Part shown: positions 9,726-19,034 of the stretch, one piece after another
Numbering within the stretch: the first letter of the stretch is position 1
Layout of the letters: every line of letters begins with the position of its first letter
Assembly: GCA_017621225.1 (NCBI GenBank)
Contig: JAGATN010000008.1
Coordinates: 62,952-126,951 of the forward strand
Source: Muribaculaceae bacterium
GTDB lineage: Bacteria > Bacteroidota > Bacteroidia > Bacteroidales > Muribaculaceae
Direction of reading: 5' to 3'
Length of the DNA stretch: 64,000 bases
Position numbers and translations under genes: made by a program
The notes under the pieces: generated by a model
What the model was told of the DNA's origin: nothing
Seen by the model: only the letters and a program-made list of their open reading frames with translations
The model's database searches: none

Positions 9726-11657
9726 ATGGCAGAAATAGAAGAAGAGTATAGCGCGAGTAACATACAAGTGCTTGAAGGGTTGGAAGCCGTTCGCAAGCGT
9801 CCGGCAATGTACATCGGCGACATAAGTTCAAAAGGTTTGCACCACCTCGTATACGAAGTAGTCGACAACTCAATCGATGAAGCCCTCGCAGGATATGCCG
9901 ACCATATTGACGTAACCATCAATGAAGACAATTCAATAACAGTAATCGACAACGGTCGAGGCATACCCGTCGACATGCACGAAAAAGAGCACAAAAGCGC
10001 GCTCGAAGTAGTGTTGACGGTGCTGCATGCCGGCGGCAAGTTCGACAAAGGATCATACAAAGTATCAGGCGGCCTGCACGGCGTAGGCGTGTCATGCGTA
10101 AACGCGCTCTCCACCTATCTGCGCGCCGAGATACACCGCGACGGCAAAGCCTATATGCAGGAATATTCTTGTGGCAAACCGACTACGGAGCTTACCGTGA
10201 TAGGCGAAAGCTCGCACACCGGCACGAGCATAACGTTCAAGCCCGACGATTCGATTTTCACCGTTACCGTTTACGATTACAACATCCTTGCCAATCGTCT
10301 GCGCGATCTGGCCTACCTCAACGCCGGCATAACGTTGACGCTCACCGACCTCCGCGAGGTTGACAACGAAGGCAACGCGCGATCGGAAGTGTTCTACTCC
10401 AAAGAAGGCCTCAAGGAATTCGTGGAATACATCGACTCAAACAAAGAGTCGCTGATCAACGACGTGATACACCTTAACACCGAACGCCAGGGCATTCCGG
10501 TGGAAGTGGCAATGACCTACAACAACACTTACAACGAGAACGTATATTCGTTCGTCAACAACATCAACACCATCGAAGGCGGCACGCACCTCACCGGATT
10601 CCGCAGAGGCCTCACCTCAACGCTCAAAAAATATGCCGAGGAGGAGAAGATGCTCGAAAAGGCAAAAATCGACGTGGCCAGCGACGACTTCCGCGAAGGC
10701 TTGACGGCCGTAGTGTCGGTGAAGATAATGGAGCCCCAGTTCGAAGGCCAGACCAAGACCAAACTCGGCAACAACGAAGCCATCGGCGCCGTACAGACCG
10801 CCGTAAGCGACGCTCTGAAAAATTATCTCGAAGAAAATCCTCGTCAGGCACGAACGATAGTCGAAAAAGTAATCCTCGCAGCACGAGCACGAAAGGCAGC
10901 CTACAAGGCACGCACCGAAATACAGCGCAAAACGCCGCTGAGCGGTGGCGGACTCCCCGGCAAACTCGCCGACTGCTCGTCGAGAACGGCCGAAGATTGC
11001 GAATTGTTCCTCGTCGAAGGTGACTCGGCAGGCGGAACGGCCAAGCAGGGTCGCGATCGTACGTTCCAGGCCATCTTGCCGTTGCGAGGAAAGATACTGA
11101 ACGTCGAAAAAGCAATGGATCACAAGATTTTCGACAACCAGGAAATAACGAGCCTGTTCAGAGCCATGCGCGTAACCATAGGCACCGAAGAAGACCCGAA
11201 AGAGGTCAACATAAGCCGACTCGCTTATCACAAAATCATAATCATGACCGATGCCGACGTCGACGGCAGCCACATTGCCACGCTGCTCATGACATTCTTC
11301 TTCCGCCGCATGCGCCCCATCATCGAAAACGGCTATCTGTACCTCGCCACCCCGCCGCTCTACAAATGTACGCGCGGCAAAATAGAGGAATATTGCTGGA
11401 CCGATCAGCAAGTGCAGCAGTTCATACTCAAGCATGGCGAGCAGACGAAAGTGCAGCGCTACAAAGGTCTTGGCGAGATGAGCGCCGAGGAGCTTCGCGA
11501 CACGACGATGTCGCCCGAGCACCGCATGCTCAAACAGGTGCACATAAGCGATGCCGCCGAAGCCGACCGCATCTTCTCCATGCTCATGGGCGAAGATGTA
11601 GCTCCGCGCCGCGACTTCATAGAGTCGAATGCCAACTACGCGAACATCGACGCATAA
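9726..11657 (+). CDS. gyrB: DNA gyrase subunit B
   Basis: YSASNIQVLEGLEAVRKRPAMYIG, EGDSAGG, PLRGKILNVEKA, DADVDG and RYKGLGEM motifs. Confidence 0.95.
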   Translation: MAEIEEEYSASNIQVLEGLEAVRKRPAMYIGDISSKGLHHLVYEVVDNSIDEALAGYADHIDVTINEDNSITVIDNGRGIPVDMHEKEHKSALEVVLTVLHAGGKFDKGSYKVSGGLHGVGVSCVNALSTYLRAEIHRDGKAYMQEYSCGKPTTELTVIGESSHTGTSITFKPDDSIFTVTVYDYNILANRLRDLAYLNAGITLTLTDLREVDNEGNARSEVFYSKEGLKEFVEYIDSNKESLINDVIHLNTERQGIPVEVAMTYNNTYNENVYSFVNNINTIEGGTHLTGFRRGLTSTLKKYAEEEKMLEKAKIDVASDDFREGLTAVVSVKIMEPQFEGQTKTKLGNNEAIGAVQTAVSDALKNYLEENPRQARTIVEKVILAARARKAAYKARTEIQRKTPLSGGGLPGKLADCSSRTAEDCELFLVEGDSAGGTAKQGRDRTFQAILPLRGKILNVEKAMDHKIFDNQEITSLFRAMRVTIGTEEDPKEVNISRLAYHKIIIMTDADVDGSHIATLLMTFFFRRMRPIIENGYLYLATPPLYKCTRGKIEEYCWTDQQVQQFILKHGEQTKVQRYKGLGEMSAEELRDTTMSPEHRMLKQVHISDAAEADRIFSMLMGEDVAPRRDFIESNANYANIDA

Positions 11658-11805
11658 CGAACTTGACACAAACGAAAAAGAGGCGCGGCGCAGGTCGGCA
11701 TCAAGCCGACAAGCATCGCGCCTCATAACTTTTCCGGCCACCGACGCGTTTTTATATCATAACAAGGCAAACCGCCACCAACCACAGCATCATCTATATC
11801 AAAAT

Positions 11806-14082
11806 ATGGCACGTTCAACATCTAAATCCGCCCGTAAAATTTCGGCTAAGGAACTACGTTCGATGGTAGACAAATATCTGCTTCAACAAAAGTCAAACAC
11901 GTTCAACTACAAGCAGGTGGCATATGCCATAAACGTCGACACCCCAACGGCGTTAAGGTCGATAGCGCTCTATCTGGCCGAACTTGCATTTGACGGCAAT
12001 CTGATAGAAGTGTCGCCGGGAAAATACAAAACGCCGCAGCGCAGCAACATCACCACCGGAGTGTTCGTGCGCCGCAGCAACGGAAAAAACAGCGTGACTA
12101 CCGACGAGGACGGCGAAACGATTTTCGTGGCCGAACGCAACTCGATGCATGCCCTGAACGGCGACAAAGTGAAGGTGATCGTTGCCGCGCGTCGCCGAGG
12201 CATGGAGCCCGAAGCCGAAGTGGTGGAAATAATAGAGAAAAACGAGCAAGACTTCATCGGCACGCTGCAAGTGGACAAGCAATACGGCTATCTGCAAACC
12301 GACTCGAAGTTTCTTGCCACCGACATATTCATACCCAAAGCCAAGCTGAAAGGGGGTAAGACCGGCGACAAGGCCGTAGTGCGCATCACCTCCTGGCCCG
12401 AAGATGCAAAAAATCCCAAAGGCGAAGTGATCGACATCCTCGGAAAAACCGGCGAAAACACGGCCGAAATGCATGCCATACTTGCCGAATTCGGACTGCC
12501 ATACCGCTATCCGGAAAGCGTAGAGGCCGCCGCCGCAAAAATAGGCCCCGGAATCACGCCCGAAGAAATATCGCAGCGCGAGGACATGCGCGACGTAACC
12601 ACCTTTACCATTGACCCTAAAGATGCAAAGGACTTCGACGACGCACTATCGATACGCCGCCTGCCAAACGGCAACTACGAGATAGGCGTACACATTGCAG
12701 ACGTGACCCATTACGTGAAGCCCGACAGCACCATAGAGCGCGAGGCGCAGAAACGCGCAACGTCGGTTTACCTCGTTGACCGCGTGGTGCCGATGCTCCC
12801 CGAGCATCTGAGCAACGGCATATGCTCCCTGCGCCCCGACGAAGAAAAGCTTACGTTCTCAACCATATTCGAGATGGACGACAATGCCAACGTAATAAAA
12901 TCGCGCATCGCACGCACCGTCACGAAAAGCAACCGCCGATTCACCTACGAAGAAGCCCAATCGGTAATCGAAACCGGGCAAGGCGATATGAAGGATGAGA
13001 TACTGACCCTCGACAGGCTTGCAAAGATATTGCGCAAATCGCGCTATGAGGACGGCTCGGTCGAATTCGACCGCTGCGAAGTGCGCTTCGACATCGACGA
13101 AAAAGGGCATCCGATAAGCGTGTTCTTCAAAGAGTCGAAAGATGCCAACAAGCTGATCGAAGAATTCATGCTGCTGGCCAACAAAACCGTGGCAATGGCC
13201 ATAGGCCGACCGGCCGACAAGAAAAAGAAGCCGAAGGCATTCGTATATCGAGTACACGATATGCCCGACCCCGGCAAGCTGATGGAACTGAGCCGCATAG
13301 CCCACACGTTCGGATACAGGGTGAAGGAGAGCGGATCGTCACGCGACGTCAACAAATCGATCAACAAGATGTTGGCCGACATAAAAGGCAAAGGCGAAGA
13401 AAACTTCCTGGCCACATTGGCCATACGCTCCATGGCGAAAGCCGTGTACACCACGCAAAACATAGGCCACTACGGACTGGCATTCGACTTCTACACCCAC
13501 TTCACGTCGCCCATACGCCGATATCCCGACATGATGGTGCATCGACTTCTCGACCGCTATCTGAAAGGCGGACGAAGCGTAAACGTGCAGAAACTCGAAG
13601 ATGAGTGCAAGCATTCGAGCGAAATGGAGCAATTGGCTTCGAACGCCGAACGAGCCTCGATAAAATACAAGCAGGTGGAATACATGGCCGACCATCTCGG
13701 CGAAGTGTACACCGGCGTGATATCGGGCGTAACCGAATGGGGGCTTTACGTGGAGCTCGACGAGAACAAATGCGAAGGCTTGGTGCCGGTGCGCGATCTC
13801 GCCGACGACTACTATGACTTCGACGAAAAGAACTACCGACTCATCGGACGGCGCAACAACATTAGCTACCGCCTGGGCGACGTGGTAAAAGTAAAGGTGG
13901 CGCGCACCAACCTCGACCGTAAGCAGCTCGACTTTGCGTTGATTGACGATCGCGCCACGCGCGAGGGCGAAGATTTGCTCGGACGCACCGGAAGTGCCGC
14001 CAAGCTGCTCAACGACAAAAAATCGTCGAAGAAAAACAAGAAGCAAAAGACACGCAGCCACAATTCGCGCCGCCGTCGATAA
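11806..14082 (+). CDS. rnr: Ribonuclease R
   Basis: TIDPKDAKDFDDA, HIADV, YTHFTSPIRRYPD motifs, an S1 domain and a basic tail. Start moved to ATG 11806. Confidence 0.93.
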   Translation: MARSTSKSARKISAKELRSMVDKYLLQQKSNTFNYKQVAYAINVDTPTALRSIALYLAELAFDGNLIEVSPGKYKTPQRSNITTGVFVRRSNGKNSVTTDEDGETIFVAERNSMHALNGDKVKVIVAARRRGMEPEAEVVEIIEKNEQDFIGTLQVDKQYGYLQTDSKFLATDIFIPKAKLKGGKTGDKAVVRITSWPEDAKNPKGEVIDILGKTGENTAEMHAILAEFGLPYRYPESVEAAAAKIGPGITPEEISQREDMRDVTTFTIDPKDAKDFDDALSIRRLPNGNYEIGVHIADVTHYVKPDSTIEREAQKRATSVYLVDRVVPMLPEHLSNGICSLRPDEEKLTFSTIFEMDDNANVIKSRIARTVTKSNRRFTYEEAQSVIETGQGDMKDEILTLDRLAKILRKSRYEDGSVEFDRCEVRFDIDEKGHPISVFFKESKDANKLIEEFMLLANKTVAMAIGRPADKKKKPKAFVYRVHDMPDPGKLMELSRIAHTFGYRVKESGSSRDVNKSINKMLADIKGKGEENFLATLAIRSMAKAVYTTQNIGHYGLAFDFYTHFTSPIRRYPDMMVHRLLDRYLKGGRSVNVQKLEDECKHSSEMEQLASNAERASIKYKQVEYMADHLGEVYTGVISGVTEWGLYVELDENKCEGLVPVRDLADDYYDFDEKNYRLIGRRNNISYRLGDVVKVKVARTNLDRKQLDFALIDDRATREGEDLLGRTGSAAKLLNDKKSSKKNKKQKTRSHNSRRRR

Positions 14083-14099
14083 AGCAAATCGTAACGCCA

Positions 14100-14453
14100 A
14101 TGCAAATAACCATCGACATAAACGGCCTGCGCCTGTATGGCCGACACGGCGTGTCGGATCAGGAACGTTCGGTAGGAAACATGTTTGAAGTAAATGCTTC
14201 ATTGCTCTATCCGGCCGACGAGGCAGTGCTGACCGACCGTCTTGAATCTACGCTCAATTATGCCGAAGCCATCGAAACGATAAAGCATGAAATGGATGTG
14301 CCGTCACGGCTGCTCGAGCATGTGGCCGGACGCATACGCAAAGCTCTCATCGAGCGCTTTCCGTTGATTTCAGGCGGAATGATTCAGCTCAACAAACTCA
14401 ACCCTCCTTGCGGAGTAGAGATCGGGAGCACAGGCGTAACAATAAAATGGTGA
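14100..14453 (+). CDS. folB: Dihydroneopterin aldolase
   Basis: YGRHGV..ERSVGN..TLNY..LLEHVA..KLNPP motifs. Confidence 0.92.
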   Translation: MQITIDINGLRLYGRHGVSDQERSVGNMFEVNASLLYPADEAVLTDRLESTLNYAEAIETIKHEMDVPSRLLEHVAGRIRKALIERFPLISGGMIQLNKLNPPCGVEIGSTGVTIKW

Positions 14454-14480
14454 GGAAGCGCCGACGGACCATTCCGCGCG

Positions 14481-15686
14481 TCAACTGATGGTGCCCCAGG
14501 TAAAGTTGCGATACCGGCGACGGAATCCCTTGATGCGAAGCGCCAAATTGTATAACGGATGCAGCGACACGAACCATGGCACCGTAAGGAGCAACGGTCG
14601 CGAACGCAATGCGCGCGACGTCTTTCGCCACACTATCATAACGGGCAGGCACAATATGCATGCAAGGATGAATACGGCACCCGAAGCCACTACCGACGGC
14701 AGAGTGAGCAACACCGTGGCGACAGAAGCCACAATCCACAACCACCACGCCCATGAAAACGAGGCGAAAAGCCTGAAAGGAGCGCGAGGCAGATAGCCGG
14801 CGGTAAAGTCGCGCCGCATATGGTTTACGCCATGCACGTAAGCCGGAGCCTCGTCGAGAATGTCGACAATGGAGTCGGCCGACAATTCGGCCACGGCATT
14901 GTCGCGACGCGCCACTTCGTTTATAAATATGTCGTCATCGCCATAATTAAGATTGAGCGACCGCGAAAAGCCCTTGTTGTCGAAAAACACGTCGCGGCGG
15001 TAAGCGATGTTGCAGCCGTTTCCGCGAAACGTTTTTCGCGACAGCACCCTCGACAGATAACGCACGGCATCCCATACCGTATCGAATGCCCTGAACCGCT
15101 TGGAGCTATCGTTATCATTGCCGGAGCGCGCCGACGGAGCCGCATAGCCTATCACTATGTCGGTGCTTTCATCGTTAAAATGGCTCATCATATTGCGCAA
15201 CCATTTGTCGGAGCGTATGGCACAGTTGCCGGCAGTGAGAACCACGACATCATTGCAGGCTGCCTTTATGCCGAGGGTTATCGAAAGCTTTTTGCGACTC
15301 AGGTTGCGCGAATCGCCCGGCACGAAAGTGGTGCGCAGACGCGGATACTTGGCCTGAAGCGTCGACAACACATCCTTTGTATCGTCGAACGAATTGTCGT
15401 CAACCACTATCACCTCTATTTCCGACGGATAGTCCTGACCATATATCTTATCCACCAAGTCAGGCAAATTCCAGGCCGATGAACTTGCAGTCACCACTAC
15501 CGAAGCCGGCGGCAGCCACGAAGTGTCGTCAGACGATGCGTTGGCCGACGATGACGCGCGCAACACCTTGAGCAATTGCGGAAGCATGACGCACAGCAAA
15601 TACAATGCGGCCACGAATGCCACGGAAAATGCAATCCACGCTACAAGCGGAAAATCGACAGACAAAAGTACAGGATCAATATTCAT
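14481..15686 (-). CDS. Membrane-bound GT2 glycosyltransferase
   Basis: N-terminal TM; EVIVVDDNSFD, RKKLSITLG, GNGCNIAYRR and GDDDIFIN motifs; C-terminal TMs. Start chosen at MNIDP. Confidence 0.85.
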   Translation of the reverse strand: MNIDPVLLSVDFPLVAWIAFSVAFVAALYLLCVMLPQLLKVLRASSSANASSDDTSWLPPASVVVTASSSAWNLPDLVDKIYGQDYPSEIEVIVVDDNSFDDTKDVLSTLQAKYPRLRTTFVPGDSRNLSRKKLSITLGIKAACNDVVVLTAGNCAIRSDKWLRNMMSHFNDESTDIVIGYAAPSARSGNDNDSSKRFRAFDTVWDAVRYLSRVLSRKTFRGNGCNIAYRRDVFFDNKGFSRSLNLNYGDDDIFINEVARRDNAVAELSADSIVDILDEAPAYVHGVNHMRRDFTAGYLPRAPFRLFASFSWAWWLWIVASVATVLLTLPSVVASGAVFILACILCLPVMIVWRKTSRALRSRPLLLTVPWFVSLHPLYNLALRIKGFRRRYRNFTWGTIS

Positions 15687-15800
15687 AGTACAAAGGTAGC
15701 AATCTCTCATATAATTATCCCCCTAAAATGTGCCAAATTTTCAAAAAAGGTGGTCGGCCGCGCGGCATGCGTCAAACGGCCATGCAAAAAAACAAAATAA

Positions 15801-15962
15801 GTGTATGTTTACCTTTGGCTTATGTTAAGATTTAGAGAGCATTTCAGATTATGTTTGGAGATTGAATGAGGAAGTTATGGGGTACCATAACGACTGAATG
15901 AAATCTACAAACAGAACTGAAAGGCCTCTAAAGTTTTCATAAAGTTGAAAGTAAACATACTC
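15801..15962. repeat. 162-bp palindromic MITE-like element, copy 1
   Basis: Terminal inverted repeat GTGTATGTTTAC / GTAAACATACTC (11/12), TAA on both flanks, internal arms complementary along the whole length. Confidence 0.8.
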
Positions 15963-16028
15963 TAAGATTGCACATGCGAATATATTTTTCTATATTTGCC
16001 TTACCAATTAAAAAGCGCATTAAATATT

Positions 16029-18140
16029 ATGCTAAAACCAAAATTAATATTGCTGACGTTAGTTGCCCTATTAACGACATCAATAGCAAGTTCCCAAGAA
16101 ATCAATTCATTACACGACAGTTTAACCAACGAATTAGAGAAAGCCAAAATTCCGGAAGAACAAATAAAAATATTGTATGACCTGTTTGACATTTCGCTGA
16201 GTCGCGACGAAATGCAGAGCACCGGATTCAAAATATACGACATAGCCCACAAGACCAACAACGTTCCTGTACAGATCGACATATTGAAACAATTGGCCAA
16301 TCTGTATCTGCGCAACGATTCGATATTGGTGGAAATACGGTCGCACATAATGGCCCTGCCCGAATCGGACGACCAGAAAGAAGCACTCGCCTTCGTCAAT
16401 ATCCGAATGGTATTATCGCAATTGTGGTATGCCGACGAGTACACCCGACAGATGCGCCTGTCAAAAATAATCAAGAACTACTCTGACAACAAGCCCACCG
16501 ACATCTACGAGCAGATAGAACGCGTATTCTCAATGCTCATATTTCTCGGCTTTGACACCAACAACGAGCTTACTTCACAAAACATAGTCAAGTTAAAGAT
16601 TTTGATCGACAAGTTGCCCGAAAGGCACTATGCATTGCGCAATATGCTGTATACCATGGCGGCGATAATGTACACTCAAAACGAAAATCCCGAAAAAGCC
16701 GTCGAAGTGGAGCGAAAGCTGCTCAACATTATGTCGTCATTGTCAAAAAAATATAAGCAAGAAGGCCGAAAATACCGTAATTTCGCCGACTCTTATTACA
16801 ACTCATATCGCCGCTTGCTAAGCAACTATCCGGCACTGACATTGGATGAAGTAAACCACTATTACGCTCAGATACTTCGCATGGCAGAAGAATCGCCCCG
16901 AATAAAGCTCAACCTGGAGATAGATCCGCGCCCCAAAGCATATTATCTGCTGGCCCACGAACGATATGACGAAGCCATACCCATGCTCAAAAAAATCAAA
17001 GAAGATCCTCGAAACAGTACGCTCAGACTGCCTTTGCTGAAAGCCATACGGCATGCGGCCGCCCAAATAGGCGACAGCGCCACCATACGCAACTCGGCGA
17101 TGGAATACTGCGATCTTCTCGAAAACTACATTAAATTAAACGCGGCCGACCATTACAAGGAGCTGCAAATACTATACGACCTCGAAAATCTGCGGAGCAA
17201 AAACAACAATCTGGAAATTGAGAAGCGCGAAACGGAAATAGAATTTCACCGAAACTGGATAATAACCGGCATTGGCGCCATAATATTGCTTTTGGCGATA
17301 CTGTTGATTGTGTACAAATCGTACGTCAAGACAAAATCGCTGACCCTCAAACTCGAGAGCTCGAACGAGATGCTACGAAAAGAGCGCGACAACCTGGAAA
17401 AGGCCAAAAAGGAGCTCGTAAAATCTGCCGACCTCGCAATAAACGCCGAGCAACAAAAAAACGATTTCATCAACAACATAAGCCACGAAATAAAGCAACC
17501 ACTCGATGCCATAGTGGAATACTCGCAATTGATAGTCGACAACACCCGCAATGGCAACAAGCATCTCGACAACTTCGCTTCGATGGTGTCGCTGAATTCC
17601 GATCTGCTTATGACGCTCGTAAACGACATTCTCGACACGTCGATGCTCGAAAACGGAAAAATGACCATAAACGTGCGTCCCGCTTCGGTAAACCAAATAT
17701 GCACCATGGCCATCAACTCTACCGCAAAATTGGTAAACAAGAACGTGACGTTGAAATACCTGAACGAGAACGACCCCGACAGGCCGATATTCACCGACCA
17801 GCAACGTGTGGAGCAAGTGTTGCTCAACCTCATAAGCAATGCGGCAAAATTCACGTCAGAAGGAAGCATAACGCTCGAATACGACATTAATACGCTCAAG
17901 CATGAATTGCGATTCATAGTCACCGACACCGGCATCGGAATACCCAAAGGCAAGGAAGAAACCATATTCAAACGCTTTGAAAAGCTCGACCCGTATGCAC
18001 AGGGCACCGGACTTGGCCTGCACATAAGCCGCCTCATAGCGCAGCTACTCGGCGGAAGCATCAGGCTCGACACCACCTATCACTCGGGAGCGCGTTTCAT
18101 ATTCACGATTCCTACCGACCGACGCAATTCGAGCCTTTAA
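16029..18140 (+). CDS. Membrane sensor histidine kinase (HisKA + HATPase_c)
   Basis: Signal peptide, large helical extracytoplasmic domain and TM; H-box ISHEIKQP, N-box NLISNAAKF, DTGIG and GTGLGL. TATATTTG promoter motif at 15991. Confidence 0.9.
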   Translation: MLKPKLILLTLVALLTTSIASSQEINSLHDSLTNELEKAKIPEEQIKILYDLFDISLSRDEMQSTGFKIYDIAHKTNNVPVQIDILKQLANLYLRNDSILVEIRSHIMALPESDDQKEALAFVNIRMVLSQLWYADEYTRQMRLSKIIKNYSDNKPTDIYEQIERVFSMLIFLGFDTNNELTSQNIVKLKILIDKLPERHYALRNMLYTMAAIMYTQNENPEKAVEVERKLLNIMSSLSKKYKQEGRKYRNFADSYYNSYRRLLSNYPALTLDEVNHYYAQILRMAEESPRIKLNLEIDPRPKAYYLLAHERYDEAIPMLKKIKEDPRNSTLRLPLLKAIRHAAAQIGDSATIRNSAMEYCDLLENYIKLNAADHYKELQILYDLENLRSKNNNLEIEKRETEIEFHRNWIITGIGAIILLLAILLIVYKSYVKTKSLTLKLESSNEMLRKERDNLEKAKKELVKSADLAINAEQQKNDFINNISHEIKQPLDAIVEYSQLIVDNTRNGNKHLDNFASMVSLNSDLLMTLVNDILDTSMLENGKMTINVRPASVNQICTMAINSTAKLVNKNVTLKYLNENDPDRPIFTDQQRVEQVLLNLISNAAKFTSEGSITLEYDINTLKHELRFIVTDTGIGIPKGKEETIFKRFEKLDPYAQGTGLGLHISRLIAQLLGGSIRLDTTYHSGARFIFTIPTDRRNSSL

Positions 18141-18203
18141 GCACAATAAATTCGGCTTAACGGCGTTTACATAATTAAGTCATCATTTAGCCTGAATTAC
18201 GCC

Positions 18204-19010
18204 ATGCGAAATATCACAATACATACACTAACCGCAGTAATAGCCATATTACTGCTATCGAGCTGTAAGTCAAAACAAAACATAGCGTATTTCAGCAATC
18301 TGCCCGAAGCCGAATCGGGCGTCATCGGCACATCGGAATACGGACTGCGCATCGAGCCTGCCGACGAATTGGTGATTACCGTCAATTCGCTCGAACCCAA
18401 AGCGTCGGCCGACTATAATCTGCCGCTTACAAACCCCGCCACGGCATCCGACATCAAAGAGACCACGACGCCACGGCAGCAATCGTACGTAGTGAACCAC
18501 GACGGCAACATAACCCTGCCGGTAATTGGTCAAATGCACGTTTCGGGCATGACCATCGACCAGCTCACAGACTCCATAACGCATATGGTAGGCAAATATG
18601 TAGCCGACCCGATAGTGCGCGTCGCGCTTACCAACTTCAAAGTATCGGTGGTAGGCGAAGTGGCAAATCCACGAACCATCACCTCGTCGTCGGAGCGCCT
18701 GTCGATATTCGACGCATTGGCACAAGCAGGCGACATAACGGAATATGGCGTAAAGGAATCAGTCATAGTAATGCGCGAACAGAATGGCGAAAAAACATAT
18801 CAGCGGCTCAATCTGTACGATGCATCGATAGTGAACTCTCCGTTCTATTATCTGAAACAGAACGACGTGATAATAGTGGCACCCAACGACATAAAGCAGG
18901 CAAACTCAAAATACAATCAGCATAACGCCTACAAGCTGTCAGTAACGTCGACCATTGTCAGCGCATTGTCGGTAGTGGCCACGCTGATAATAGCCCTTAC
19001 AGTGAAGTGA
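18204..19010 (+). CDS. Polysaccharide export lipoprotein (Wza/OPX-like)
   Basis: Lipobox LLLSSC; GNITLPVIG..VSGMT; VVGEVANP..SLBB domain; C-terminal helix. Confidence 0.9.
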   Translation: MRNITIHTLTAVIAILLLSSCKSKQNIAYFSNLPEAESGVIGTSEYGLRIEPADELVITVNSLEPKASADYNLPLTNPATASDIKETTTPRQQSYVVNHDGNITLPVIGQMHVSGMTIDQLTDSITHMVGKYVADPIVRVALTNFKVSVVGEVANPRTITSSSERLSIFDALAQAGDITEYGVKESVIVMREQNGEKTYQRLNLYDASIVNSPFYYLKQNDVIIVAPNDIKQANSKYNQHNAYKLSVTSTIVSALSVVATLIIALTVK

Positions 19011-19034
19011 TATAACATAAACGACTTCAATACC

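Noticed and set aside
10617-11741. 374-aa minus-strand ORF
   Set aside because: Antisense to gyrB; composition reflects the reverse frame.
11629-11805. N-terminal extension of RNase R in the ORF track
   Set aside because: It overlaps the gyrB end and an intergenic hairpin; ATG 11806 is more plausible.
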